Positions 28,673 to 38,850 of a DNA stretch of 64,000 nucleotides are shown piece after piece. How positions within the stretch are numbered: position 1 is the first letter of the stretch; each line of letters begins with the position of its first letter. Source of the stretch: an uncultured virus (IMG/VR IMGVR_UViG_3300020183_006727) (taxonomy: Duplodnaviria; Heunggongvirae; Uroviricota; Caudoviricetes); IMG/VR virus record IMGVR_UViG_3300020183_006727; one strand, given 5' to 3'. The notes under the pieces are model-generated. The model saw only the letters and a list, made by a program, of their open reading frames with translations. It made no database searches and was not told the DNA's origin. The position numbers were made by a program, and so were the translations under genes.

Positions 28673-31600
28673 TTCCAAGCAAGTTTTCCATTTCAGGGTC
28701 GAGGCAGGTTACTGCTCTTAATGTTCCCGAGGATTGGGATGAGTTTAACACGGAAGCACTGCAGAAACAGGCGGCCAAGGTTGGTACTGACCTGAACGGA
28801 TTCGACATAACTGCAGCCGTCAAGGAACACCCCGATCATTTATTTGTTAAGGTATTTGCAATAAAGAAGAATGAGGTCAATGACAACGGCGACTGGTTCA
28901 GTGAGACTGAGTTAAAGCGTGCCGCCAAAACGTTCATCGGGGTTCCGGTCTTTGTCAACCACCAAAATGACGACATCGAGAAGGCAAGGGGCAAGGTTGT
29001 ACACGCATGGTACGACGATTCCACTGGCGGTATATATACAATTAACATGGTTGACCGCGTGGCCTTCCCTAGGCTTGCTAGGGGCATAGAGCAGGGATAC
29101 GTGAACGGCACATCCATGGGCTGTCAAGTACAGTACTCATGCTGCAGCATATGCCATCACAGAGCTGCAACTGCAAAAGAATTTTGCTCACATATCAAAG
29201 AGCGCAAGAAGAAGCGCTTCAATGGCGATCATGTCTGTAAGTATCATGAGTCTCCCAATGCTGGCGACGAGCCCTGTCCAGTTTGCGGTTGCAAAAAGGG
29301 CGAAAAGAAGATCCACACACATAAAGATCAACAAATTTTTGAACACAATTTTGGTGTCAAATTTATCGAAGATAGTTTTGTGGTCAATCCAGCATGCCAT
29401 GATTGCCTCGTGCAAGAAATACTCAACCCCGAAGGCGTCCGCAAAAAGATTGCTAGCCTTGTTGAGAGGGTCAGGGCTGTAAACGAGGGGTTTAGCAAGG
29501 TGGCAGAGGAATCATTCTGCAAGGACGGGGTTTGCGGAATGAAAAAAGTGGCAGGTCGACAAGAAATTGGAGAGTTGAATGAAGCAATGAACCTGCTTGA
29601 GCGTGTTGCCAGGTCCATGATGGCACAAAAACAGGCAGTTTCTATGGAATATGTCAGCGATCTTGTTAAGGTCATGTCGAATGTGCAAAAAACCACAGAT
29701 GAACTTATAGAAATGGGTTATGCACAGTTGCCATCTCCATCTTCTGAACAGATGGCAAGGGGGACATCGGCACCAGCATCGCCTGTCGATGGTGGAAAGA
29801 TATCACAAACCACCCCATCTGCAATGGCGCCTGCAACAGCGGCCCCAATGTCTATGCCTCAGCAACCCTCCCCAAGACCCCCATCTTTGGGAACCCCGTC
29901 TTTTCAGGATGTGGGTGACGACATAGGCAGGGTTACCAAGCCAACTTTTATTCCAAGGTCAGCTTTTGGGGAGGAGATTTGGAAAAAAAACAATATTAGA
30001 GGCAAGGGACTTGCCATCCGCGTGGAAGATGGCGAGTATTTCCCCTCGGAGGATTTTTTGGCACAGAACCAAATCATTGCAAAGGTCGCGTCAGCCAACT
30101 GTTCTGTTGTGATATCCGCCGACTCTGACGGCGAATCGTTTATAACAGAAGTTGTTGACGGTCGTGTCGTCAGAGCATCATCTGCAGACGCGTTTCCTCA
30201 TAACTTGAGGAGTGCAATCGCTGAAGATCCAGAAGGCGCAGCCCTCATCATCCTTGCATCCCTTGAAAAACAAGAAAACATCAACTCTAGTAAGGAGCCT
30301 GAATTGGACATTAACAACCGCACCGTTAAAACAGCTTCAAACCGCACCGACAACTCTCCTTCCACCATAATCGAAGGGCAGTTTGTCGAAGGCAATGGCA
30401 TGGGCGCACGTACCGGTGCGGAGTACACCGAAATCATCGAGTCAGACAGCCGTCTTGGTGCATCCAAGCCTGCGTTCAAAGATGTGTCTAGTGCATCACC
30501 GCAGGTGAGGTCTGGATCATCCGAAGGCACGACAGAGATGCAACTAGCTAGCGGATCCAACGGATTCATGGCACGTTGGAACTCTTTCCCAGAAACGATC
30601 ACAGAGGGTCAGTGGGGTGATGCAACCCGCGAGATCCTTGCCAAGATACCAGCAGACTGGACAGACCATGTTCAGTCTGCCCAACTCGACATTCTCCGTA
30701 AGGATCACAAGTGGGTCGATCCAACTGCAATTACAGAGGCTCAACTCGGATCGATGGCCAAGAAGGCAAGTACAGTTGACCTTGTCAAGATTGCAACCCG
30801 TTCTATTGCTGATGGCATTGCAATCTATGGTCTAGATCCCGTCGACATCTCCAAGGTTGCGCAGTACATATCAGCCAAGCCATCAAGACATGCCAAGGCT
30901 GCCTTCATGGTTTCTATTAATGCAGCCCCTTGGACTGTGTCTCAGCGTCGTGAAGTTGCCGAAAGAAACTCTGAGATGACCAAGGGTGCTTCTGCAGGTC
31001 TCATGGCCGAGCCCATCGACCTTGTTTTGGCCTCCATCGCAGATAATGCCAAGAATGTCACTGCCGAGGATGCCATCCAGGCGTTCATCCACTGCGCGAA
31101 CAATGACCTAGCTGTCGAGCAGGCCACCAAGATGGCAACTGATGCTTCTGAAACCCTGGCAAAGGATGCCTCATTTGAGGACGCGATCCGCCAGGCCTTC
31201 CGTCCTGAAGATGGTCTCTACAAGGTTTGCTGCACTGTTGGCGAGGACATTTCAGCAGACCCATCAGATAAGATTAACTTTATAGCGGAGGTCACCAAGT
31301 TTGCTCAGGGCATGATCTCTAGTCGCTTCCCTGGTGTTGATGTTGTACCGATGTCAATAGATTTCGACGATGCCAATGGCATTGTTGAGGCAGTGGTCAA
31401 GGAGGCAAAAATGCTCACTTCTGCAGAGGAAGAGGCATACCACAAGTTTGCATCCGATGTGGAGAGCACTATGAAGAAAGCCCCCAAGACAAAGGTCGCG
31501 GTCGCATCTTCTGAGACTTATGATTCTCGAGAAGACAGGATATCTCGTCGTGCCAAGTTGCTTGAGGAGATTGAGCGACTTGAGAAGAAGGCTCAAGTTG

Positions 31601-34314
31601 GAGGCGCCATGCCCAGCGCCCTAAATCCAGCAGGCATGGGTGCTGGTGTTGCGGTTCCAGGTGCCATGCCTCCCGGCATGCCTGGCGCAGAGGCGCTGAC
31701 TGGCGCTCCGCCAGCACCAGGGGCCCCCGCTGGTATGCCTGGAGCTCCCGCTTCGGCGCCAACAGACCCTCTTGGTCTCGACACAGACACCCTCGGCAAG
31801 GCCAAGCCACCAGCTGCGGTTTGCGTCGTGTGTGGCAACCAGGATGTTGATGTTGCTGGCGGCAAGAGCCAGTGCAAAGGCCCGGGTTGCGGCAGTGGAT
31901 TCACCATCAAGGTTATTCCAGATGCATCTCTTCTTGACAATATCACTGACGGAGATATTGACAAAGAGGATGTTGGCGGCGACAACCCTGCAGAGCCAGA
32001 TAAGGGTCTTGGCGGGATTGGCGCCGAACTGCCACCCGGCATGCCACCCCTAGGGGCACCAGGGCTTCCTCCTGTTGCTGCATCCACCCGCATCACTCCA
32101 GAAACACTCAGGAAGATCGCCAGCAAGGGTGCTCTAGGATCTGTGAGCCCAATCACTGGCGAGAGAAATACCGTCAAACTTGACAACGAAACATGGATGT
32201 GCTTGGACTCTGGTCAGATGTACAAGGTTCGTCTTGCCGCGTCGACCACCTCTCCTAAGGATGTGTATGCTCAGTGGGAATGGGTGCCAGAGTTTAAGAA
32301 GGCATCATGCAGCAGCTGCGCCCGTAAGCGTGCATCTATTAATTCTGCCCTGAATGAAGTTGGCGTTGATCGTGCAACATTCGACGGCATGTCTGTTGTC
32401 AAGAAGGCCGAAGTTTTGAACGAAGCCCTCAGCAAGGGTGCCGTAAAGCAGGTCAAGATAGCTTCTGAAGATGAGACTGCAATTGGCTCATTCAAGAAGG
32501 CATTCACCATGCATGGTGAATTCCCAATGAATGAGTGCGTGGAAAAACTCGCCAGGAGGTATGGCGCTGATTCCGTGGCGCTCAGCGGTCCTTGCCGTGG
32601 AAACAGCCTTCCAGATTGCGTGTGCAGCAAACTTGCCGGTGCGAATGTGTACAGCACAATCGTGGCTGACAAGGTTGCCTCATCTTGGGCGCAGCCGGAT
32701 CCTATGTGCGAGTGCGTAGAGGACCTTGTCCGCGAAGGCATGGGTCTCAAGCAGGCTTCCAATGCTTGTGAGATGATCAAAGCTGCCTATGCAGAGGACG
32801 AGGAGTATCTCGCCGATGATCTCGCAGATGGCGACGGAGAGACTGACTTGTCACAGCAGGATGAAACGGAAGAATCCGATCCATTCGATGGCGAGGATGA
32901 TTCTGAATCTGGTGACAAAAAGACCATTTCCGTCACTCTCGATGTGACCCCAGAAGTTCTTGAGCAGATTGACGAGCAGATACAGAAGGCTCTAACTAAG
33001 GCTTGGAGTGAAGATGAGAGTGATATGGACACAGAGGTCGACATGGGGGCTGAGATGTCTGATGATGTTGGCACGGATGTGCCTGAAGATTCCGTTGAGG
33101 TCGACGACATCGACGATGTCGAAGACGTGGATGAAGAAGAGTCAGTCGAGGTGTCACCTACTGTTGAAGACGAAGACTCTTCTGACGAAGACTCTTCTGA
33201 CGAAGACTCTTCTGACGATAATCCGAATGGAGAAACAGAAGAGAAAGATGCAGTCATGGAAAAGACAGCTCCAAATTATGCCAAATCCAAGTCAAACGAG
33301 ACCTTCGACATTGAGAAGGAGGCCATGGCCCTCCGTCGTGGCAGAGTTGTTGGCGTAGGCAAGTTGGAACTTGACATATCACGTCTTGCATCTGCCCTGA
33401 CCAAGGAGGCAGGAGAGAAGGCTGTCGAGATAGGTCATGCACAGAAGCAGCCAGAACTTGGTACCGTCATGACGGGCAAGGCTGGTCTGAAATCGCCAAA
33501 GGTCGTTGAGAACGGCGGCAAGCCGCTCAGCAGAGAGCACGGCGAAGGCTTCGATGCAGACATGCCCAAGGTTCCCGTTGATGGTCCTAGCTTCAGTGGC
33601 GACAAGATCAAGGGAGAGAAGGGCAATATGGCCACTGGCGGTGTCCAAGGAGCAGGTAAATCTGCCTCTGGCAAGCTTCATAACCAGAAGGCTGCATTCT
33701 CCGATTCATTGGCCAAGCTTGCCTCTGAGCTTGGTCTCAAGACCGAGTTGGTGCAGAACCAGGAAGATCTTGGCGACGTGGGCACCTCTGAAGGTCTTGA
33801 AGGCATGGGAGAACTTGAAGTTCCAGAGGGTAACGAGTCTGCAGGTCTGAGCCTGCCTTCCATACCGGTTGGCGGTCAGGACGGTGCAGAGAAGCAGAAT
33901 CTAATGACAGGCGGCCAGGTTGGATCGGGTAAGTCCGGTCCAGTTGGCGGCTATGCAAAGAAGAAGGCTGGTGAAGATTCCAGCGAGTTGGCTCTCAAGG
34001 TTGCTGGCAAGATGGTTGCTGCAGGGATGATCTCTGCAGACAGTCTGCCTGCAAAAGCCAAAGAGTTGATGGGCTACAAGGTGGCTCAGCTCGTGGACCT
34101 TGAGAAGGCAATGTTCGCAGAGGGTGTCGTCGCCAAGGGCCTGAAGACGGCCTCGGCAGGGTCAGAAACGGCTTTTGTGATCCCCGAGCAGAAGAGTGAG
34201 CGTAATGCGTATGGAGATCTCAAGTCCAAGATCTCGTCCATGTTCCGACTGCAGCAGCAGGTGGAGTTGGCAGATCAGACTGAGACCAACGTACTGCGTC
34301 GGGTCTTCAAGTGA
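28669..34314 (+). CDS. Prohead maturation protease fused to a very long scaffold region
   Basis: NDNGDWF..ELK...FIGVPVFVNH (His), TSMGC (Ser), CSIC/CSH insert, EDSFVVNPA; followed by ~1400 aa helical/acidic region; upstream of capsid genes. Confidence 0.85.
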   Translation: MIPSKFSISGSRQVTALNVPEDWDEFNTEALQKQAAKVGTDLNGFDITAAVKEHPDHLFVKVFAIKKNEVNDNGDWFSETELKRAAKTFIGVPVFVNHQNDDIEKARGKVVHAWYDDSTGGIYTINMVDRVAFPRLARGIEQGYVNGTSMGCQVQYSCCSICHHRAATAKEFCSHIKERKKKRFNGDHVCKYHESPNAGDEPCPVCGCKKGEKKIHTHKDQQIFEHNFGVKFIEDSFVVNPACHDCLVQEILNPEGVRKKIASLVERVRAVNEGFSKVAEESFCKDGVCGMKKVAGRQEIGELNEAMNLLERVARSMMAQKQAVSMEYVSDLVKVMSNVQKTTDELIEMGYAQLPSPSSEQMARGTSAPASPVDGGKISQTTPSAMAPATAAPMSMPQQPSPRPPSLGTPSFQDVGDDIGRVTKPTFIPRSAFGEEIWKKNNIRGKGLAIRVEDGEYFPSEDFLAQNQIIAKVASANCSVVISADSDGESFITEVVDGRVVRASSADAFPHNLRSAIAEDPEGAALIILASLEKQENINSSKEPELDINNRTVKTASNRTDNSPSTIIEGQFVEGNGMGARTGAEYTEIIESDSRLGASKPAFKDVSSASPQVRSGSSEGTTEMQLASGSNGFMARWNSFPETITEGQWGDATREILAKIPADWTDHVQSAQLDILRKDHKWVDPTAITEAQLGSMAKKASTVDLVKIATRSIADGIAIYGLDPVDISKVAQYISAKPSRHAKAAFMVSINAAPWTVSQRREVAERNSEMTKGASAGLMAEPIDLVLASIADNAKNVTAEDAIQAFIHCANNDLAVEQATKMATDASETLAKDASFEDAIRQAFRPEDGLYKVCCTVGEDISADPSDKINFIAEVTKFAQGMISSRFPGVDVVPMSIDFDDANGIVEAVVKEAKMLTSAEEEAYHKFASDVESTMKKAPKTKVAVASSETYDSREDRISRRAKLLEEIERLEKKAQVGGAMPSALNPAGMGAGVAVPGAMPPGMPGAEALTGAPPAPGAPAGMPGAPASAPTDPLGLDTDTLGKAKPPAAVCVVCGNQDVDVAGGKSQCKGPGCGSGFTIKVIPDASLLDNITDGDIDKEDVGGDNPAEPDKGLGGIGAELPPGMPPLGAPGLPPVAASTRITPETLRKIASKGALGSVSPITGERNTVKLDNETWMCLDSGQMYKVRLAASTTSPKDVYAQWEWVPEFKKASCSSCARKRASINSALNEVGVDRATFDGMSVVKKAEVLNEALSKGAVKQVKIASEDETAIGSFKKAFTMHGEFPMNECVEKLARRYGADSVALSGPCRGNSLPDCVCSKLAGANVYSTIVADKVASSWAQPDPMCECVEDLVREGMGLKQASNACEMIKAAYAEDEEYLADDLADGDGETDLSQQDETEESDPFDGEDDSESGDKKTISVTLDVTPEVLEQIDEQIQKALTKAWSEDESDMDTEVDMGAEMSDDVGTDVPEDSVEVDDIDDVEDVDEEESVEVSPTVEDEDSSDEDSSDEDSSDDNPNGETEEKDAVMEKTAPNYAKSKSNETFDIEKEAMALRRGRVVGVGKLELDISRLASALTKEAGEKAVEIGHAQKQPELGTVMTGKAGLKSPKVVENGGKPLSREHGEGFDADMPKVPVDGPSFSGDKIKGEKGNMATGGVQGAGKSASGKLHNQKAAFSDSLAKLASELGLKTELVQNQEDLGDVGTSEGLEGMGELEVPEGNESAGLSLPSIPVGGQDGAEKQNLMTGGQVGSGKSGPVGGYAKKKAGEDSSELALKVAGKMVAAGMISADSLPAKAKELMGYKVAQLVDLEKAMFAEGVVAKGLKTASAGSETAFVIPEQKSERNAYGDLKSKISSMFRLQQQVELADQTETNVLRRVFK
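33169..33218 (+). repeat. 15-bp tandem repeat x3 (DEDSS)
   Basis: GACGAAGACTCTTCT three times, exact. Confidence 0.95.
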
Positions 34315-34366
34315 AGACCGACGGCTTGAGAGGATTTTTCACCAAAGAAGGGTAAAGGAACCCAAC

Positions 34367-34948
34367 ATGGCACTGATTCCAGTTCATCACACAATCGCAA
34401 CACAGTTTGCCGTCGCTAGTGGCAGCGGCAACATCACAGAGGGCATGGGCGTAGCTCTGGCCGTAGACACCGCAAGTGATCTGCGTCCCTATGTCAAACT
34501 GCCAGACACTTCCGGTGGTTTCACCATTGGTTTGGCCGGTGACAGCAAGCTCGCCAGCACCAGCGGCAACGCATACTCTGCGTCTGTCGTTGTCAACGGT
34601 TCTGGTAGCACCCGCACCACCAGCAATCGCGTAAGCGATATGTTCGACGAGACCCTTGCTTCTGGCAAGATCACCGTCTACACGGGCGCGGGCGAGTTCT
34701 TGACTGACCAGTATGTCTCCACTGAGTTCGACGCCGCAAGCGACAACGCCGCAGGCGTTGCTGTCTATGTCGGGCAGGCTACTAACTCTGGCAAAATCAC
34801 GACCACCGCCACCAACAACGGCAACAAGGTCGGTTTTCTGATTGCTGCACAGAATATGTATCCAAGCGGTATTCCTGGTACCGATCTTGATGGTCATGCA
34901 TCGCTGGGCAACTTCATTCGAATTGCCCTGAACGTCCAATCTGCCTAA
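34367..34948 (+). CDS. Capsid decoration/cement protein (putative)
   Basis: AAAGGA then ATG 34367; ASGKITVY..GEFLTDQY motif; directly before major capsid. Confidence 0.7.
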   Translation: MALIPVHHTIATQFAVASGSGNITEGMGVALAVDTASDLRPYVKLPDTSGGFTIGLAGDSKLASTSGNAYSASVVVNGSGSTRTTSNRVSDMFDETLASGKITVYTGAGEFLTDQYVSTEFDAASDNAAGVAVYVGQATNSGKITTTATNNGNKVGFLIAAQNMYPSGIPGTDLDGHASLGNFIRIALNVQSA

Positions 34949-34955
34949 TGAATCT

Positions 34956-34996
34956 TCCGACTTACCACCCTGATGCGTGAATCAGGGGGTGTCGGA
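34956..34996 (+). promoter_or_regulatory. Stem-loop in the major capsid 5' leader
   Basis: TCCGAC...CCCTGAT-GCGTGA-ATCAGGG...GTCGGA ending just before the AAAGGA RBS. Confidence 0.6.
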
Positions 34997-35012
34997 GAAA
35001 GGAAAAAACACA

Positions 35013-35882
35013 ATGAGCATCAACAAAGATGGTTTGACTTACGATGAGAAAGAGGCCGTGATCGCACAGGCCTTGTCGACTGAGGAGGGGCGCGTTGCCC
35101 TTGCCCAGGCGATGGTGGAGCCGATTCGGCGTTCCCTGGAGTACCAGGCCGTCGGTCGCAAGCTCCTGATGGTGGACGAGCTCCCACAGGGCGCTCTTCC
35201 CCGCTACGAGCGCGATGTTGCCTCCGTGGCAGTAGTCGTTGCCCGTCAGGGTGCAGTGCCTGATCAGATCACCGAGGGTGAGGAAGTTCTTGTCCCCACA
35301 TTCGAGATCGCAGCACACCCCACCATCCGTTTGTCCGAGATCAAAGCACGTCGCTTCTACATCGTTGACCGTGCCCAGATCAAGGCAAAAGAGGCAATCC
35401 AGAAGGAAGAGGATCGCAATATCTTCAACGCTCTGATTGCTGCTACTACATCATCTAACGAGATCACCAACAGCGGCACTTTGGAGACTGCGTCTCTGAA
35501 CTCTGCCTACAAGAACATTGAGACCCACGATCTGGTGGCCTCAAAGGTGGTCATGCACCCTGAGTCCTATTCGGCAGTTCGCAGCTTCGGTAAAGACTTC
35601 TATGATGAGGCCACCACACGTGAGATCCTCACCACTGGTCTTTACGGTCACCTGTGGACGGCTGATATCCATGTGTCCAGCCAACTCGATGACAGCAAGG
35701 TCATCGTTACTGCAAGTCCCGACACCGTGGGCGCCTTCCCCATCCGCCAGGACATCACTGTCCTTCCCGCTGATGATCCGAAGAAGTTGCGTCTTGGTTG
35801 GGTGATCTACGAGGAAGTCGGCATCGTGGTCATGAACGACTACGCTGTGTCCGTCATCACCGTGGAGGCTACAACCACCTGA
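35013..35882 (+). CDS. Major capsid protein (HK97 fold, short type)
   Basis: GRVALAQAMVEPIRRSLEYQAVGRKLLMVDELPQGA; VPTFEI; GWVIYEEVGIVV; strong RBS, biased codons, terminator after. Confidence 0.92.
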   Translation: MSINKDGLTYDEKEAVIAQALSTEEGRVALAQAMVEPIRRSLEYQAVGRKLLMVDELPQGALPRYERDVASVAVVVARQGAVPDQITEGEEVLVPTFEIAAHPTIRLSEIKARRFYIVDRAQIKAKEAIQKEEDRNIFNALIAATTSSNEITNSGTLETASLNSAYKNIETHDLVASKVVMHPESYSAVRSFGKDFYDEATTREILTTGLYGHLWTADIHVSSQLDDSKVIVTASPDTVGAFPIRQDITVLPADDPKKLRLGWVIYEEVGIVVMNDYAVSVITVEATTT

Positions 35883-35908
35883 TAGGTTCGGGTGAATTTT
35901 GAAGCACG

Positions 35909-35943
35909 ACTGCCCACCCCGAAAGGGGTGGGCAGTTCTTTTT
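35909..35943 (+). terminator. Intrinsic terminator after major capsid
   Basis: ACTGCCCACCCC-GAAA-GGGGTGGGCAGT 12-bp stem then TCTTTTT. Confidence 0.92.
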
Positions 35944-35957
35944 ATATCATCTGATAA

Positions 35958-36917
35958 TCAGACGCTGTCTATGTTAACGGTTATTGTTTGGATGGCGGAA
36001 TTGTCGCTAATGTTTTTCACAGTAAATATATGTGTGGTTGGAACTTCTTGTCCCCAATTCTCGTTAAATTTAGGTGAACCTTCAAAAAATTCTGACCAAG
36101 GGCTGACTGTAAGTAGTATATCCGTTCCAAATTCCTTATCTGGCAAAATTGTCACTGTCGACCCGCTCGGGCTCGAAATGTCTGGAACTATATCCGTCCA
36201 CGTTGTTCCTCCATTGGTACTGACCTCAAAATATATTTGGTTCGTGGCGGTATCGCTTGTATTTTGCAGCCAAATTTGTATCCCGTCAGGGCATGGAACT
36301 AGTGGATCAAATGTTGTTGTCAAAACTGTTCTTGTGTATGATGATGAGTTCTGCAGAATAATACTATTTGCCAGTTGAGGATTTATTGTGCTCTGGGCGC
36401 ATGATGTGAAACGAGAATAGATTGCTATACCCCAATAATTGCCGAACCTACCCAAGGTGACCCTTTTAGACCCAATCATTGCTTCTTTAGTCTCTTCTGG
36501 GATGCCCTTGTTCACCGTCAGGATTCTGCCTAATATGTCGATGCTTATCCTGCCACCTCCGATCCACACATAATTATTAGTTGTATCGTTCTCCCTAGAG
36601 TATGATATATTGTATGAACAAAGTGCTTTGTAATTTGTATCTGACACTATTTCAAACTTGAGACCACGCCAGTGTGTCTCTTCTAAATTGTTTGTAGACA
36701 TGTTTGGAGTGAACACCCACAGTGCTCTGTCTGATCCAAAAGTAGCCGTGCCTATTTGAAACCCACCTAAAGATATGTAAGAATTTCCATCTGGTGTATA
36801 TATTGTTGAGACTGGTTCTAGCCTGCAGGTGCCTGTGGTTCCAATATCAATAAGTAACTTCCCAGCACCCCCAATGTTTTTTTCTTCAGAAGTGTATCCA
36901 GTATTTGTGATTTCCAT
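35958..36917 (-). CDS. Beta-rich hypothetical protein (possible capsid appendage)
   Basis: Start ATG 36917 (MEITNTGY) aligns with the paralogue start; FEVSTNGGTTW in C-terminal domain. Confidence 0.75.
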   Translation of the reverse strand: MEITNTGYTSEEKNIGGAGKLLIDIGTTGTCRLEPVSTIYTPDGNSYISLGGFQIGTATFGSDRALWVFTPNMSTNNLEETHWRGLKFEIVSDTNYKALCSYNISYSRENDTTNNYVWIGGGRISIDILGRILTVNKGIPEETKEAMIGSKRVTLGRFGNYWGIAIYSRFTSCAQSTINPQLANSIILQNSSSYTRTVLTTTFDPLVPCPDGIQIWLQNTSDTATNQIYFEVSTNGGTTWTDIVPDISSPSGSTVTILPDKEFGTDILLTVSPWSEFFEGSPKFNENWGQEVPTTHIFTVKNISDNSAIQTITVNIDSV

Positions 36918-36933
36918 TGTTAATTTTTTCCAC

Positions 36934-37483
36934 TCACCATTCGCCTTCGGACAGGATAGAGTGAGAATAGAGAGATACTGCCCACATATCGTCAAATCTA
37001 CCTAGCGTTATTAGTCATAGAACCTATGACCGCCTCTTTGAATTCTCGTGGTCGTCCTTGACTTCCTTCTTGATCTGCGAACAAAACTCTTCCTGAAGCA
37101 TCGACAGATATGTTGCCCCCTCCTATTCTGATCATATTATTAGACGTGGGCGTTTCTGAACTGTAAGATATCGTATAGGAGCAAAAAGATTTATTATTAG
37201 CGTTTGTTGCAACTTCAAATTTTAGTCCATTCCACACTGTTTCATAGACATTATCTAAAGACATCTCTTCTGGACGATACACCCACATTGCCCTCCCTTG
37301 TCCGTAGGTTGATGTCCCTATTCTGAACCCCCCTAGTGATATGTAAGAATATCCGTCAGGCGTGGTATCTGTGCACAATGGTTCTAGTCTGCATGTGTTC
37401 GATAACCCAACGCTCAATCTGAGCTTTCCAAGTCCGCCAAGGCCTCTGATTTGATAACTATACCCTGTTTGGCTAAGAATCAT
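36934..37483 (-). pseudogene. Paralogue of 35958..36917 with a one-base frameshift near 37012-37015
   Basis: ORF stops at 36998, but the +1 frame continues ITLGRFDDMWAVSLYS, matching paralogue VTLGRFGNYWGIAIYS, to TGA at 36934. Confidence 0.75.
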
Positions 37484-37506
37484 GTGTTTCTCTCCGATAA
37501 CATACT

Positions 37507-38850
37507 ATGATCGTAAGAAACGCCCTTGGTATACCCGTATATGTTCCCGAATGGGATGACCGCATCCCCGCTGGTGATGATGGTGATAAATTTGAGATAC
37601 CGTCAGATCGGGTGAGATCCGCGCCATCTCTTCGTTCGGCGGTTGCAAAGGGCTATGTTGTTGTGGTAGATCACGATCAGACCGACGGCATAGAGGTCGC
37701 GCTAGCAAAAATGTCATCGAAAGCGAAGAAGCCATCTGGTGATGCCATGTTTGATGATGTCGTTGTCAGGGGTCAATTTTTAGACTACTCAGGATATGGC
37801 AAGGTGAACAGAGGTTTGGTTAGGGTACTTACGGCAAAAAACATTTCAGTAAGCGTTGACCCAGTAGACCTTGGTAAGCCTCAGCTTTTGTACGAAGACG
37901 CACGATGCGGATTACCAATAAGGCCAAGATGTCAAGGCATGCTTGACATACATAGTGTGGTTCCTACATTTGGTTCGCCAGGCCAATCTGGCATTAGAGT
38001 CCTCTATACGACTGTTGAATCAGAGACCCTTAATGATGCTGTTGTGACCTCTGCCAAGAAGTATGAAAAGGTTTGGTGCGTAAGCAAATTCTGCTGTGAC
38101 ACTTTCAGAAAGTACGGAATTGATGCCAAAGTCTTGAGCCCACACATTAACGACGGTGTTTTTTGCACCAAAGGCGCAGAATATCAATTCTCACATCCTC
38201 TACCAAGTTTCAAGTTCTTTACGATATTCGGGATGAGCCCTAGAAAGGTTGGAACCAATGTAATCGAGTCATTTCTTAATGAATTTGACCCATCAGATGA
38301 TGTCTGTCTCATCGTGGCGCATAGAGATAAGCGCGGAGAAGATGCTCAAAAACGATTCGCAAACACGGTTTCTGATTTGGTGTCAAAGTGTGGCAAGAAG
38401 CATCCGCCCCTTGTGGTCAGGATATCCAAAAATATTACTGAAGCAGATCTTGCTAAATTGTACAGATCTGTGGATGCATGCGTGCTAGCTGCTCGAGGAG
38501 AGGGATTTTGTCTTCCTTATGCAGAAGCCGCCATGTGCGGCATACCTTCAGTTGCCCCAAGGTTTGGCGGTCAACTCGATTTTCTCGATGATTCTTCAGC
38601 CTTTTTGGTTGATGTTAATAAGAACACCATTAAGCCTGGCATAACTGGCACAATTTTATGGGATGGGACGGTTATGGCGGATACAGTTGGTGTAGAATTT
38701 ATCCAAAGATTTGGAGAATCTATGAGAGCATGTTGGTCTGCATCTGACAAAAAGAGAAATTTGATGGCTTTAAGGGCAGCATCAAAATTAACTGATATCT
38801 GCTCTGCAGACGCCGTTATTTCGCAATTCAAAGGCCTAGTGACAAGATGA
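37507..38850 (+). CDS. GT4-family glycosyltransferase with N-terminal accessory module
   Basis: SGYG, YTTVES, PRK, RGEGFCLPYAEAAMCGIP (E-x7-E) and GGQLDFL. Confidence 0.9.
   Translation: MIVRNALGIPVYVPEWDDRIPAGDDGDKFEIPSDRVRSAPSLRSAVAKGYVVVVDHDQTDGIEVALAKMSSKAKKPSGDAMFDDVVVRGQFLDYSGYGKVNRGLVRVLTAKNISVSVDPVDLGKPQLLYEDARCGLPIRPRCQGMLDIHSVVPTFGSPGQSGIRVLYTTVESETLNDAVVTSAKKYEKVWCVSKFCCDTFRKYGIDAKVLSPHINDGVFCTKGAEYQFSHPLPSFKFFTIFGMSPRKVGTNVIESFLNEFDPSDDVCLIVAHRDKRGEDAQKRFANTVSDLVSKCGKKHPPLVVRISKNITEADLAKLYRSVDACVLAARGEGFCLPYAEAAMCGIPSVAPRFGGQLDFLDDSSAFLVDVNKNTIKPGITGTILWDGTVMADTVGVEFIQRFGESMRACWSASDKKRNLMALRAASKLTDICSADAVISQFKGLVTR

Noticed and set aside
35013..35882. Encapsulin rather than phage capsid
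   Set aside because: Context of terminase, portal, protease and tail genes indicates a virion capsid.
36998..37000. TAG readthrough or alternative genetic code
   Set aside because: Readthrough hits TGA two codons later; homology continues in another frame; genes are intact in code 11.
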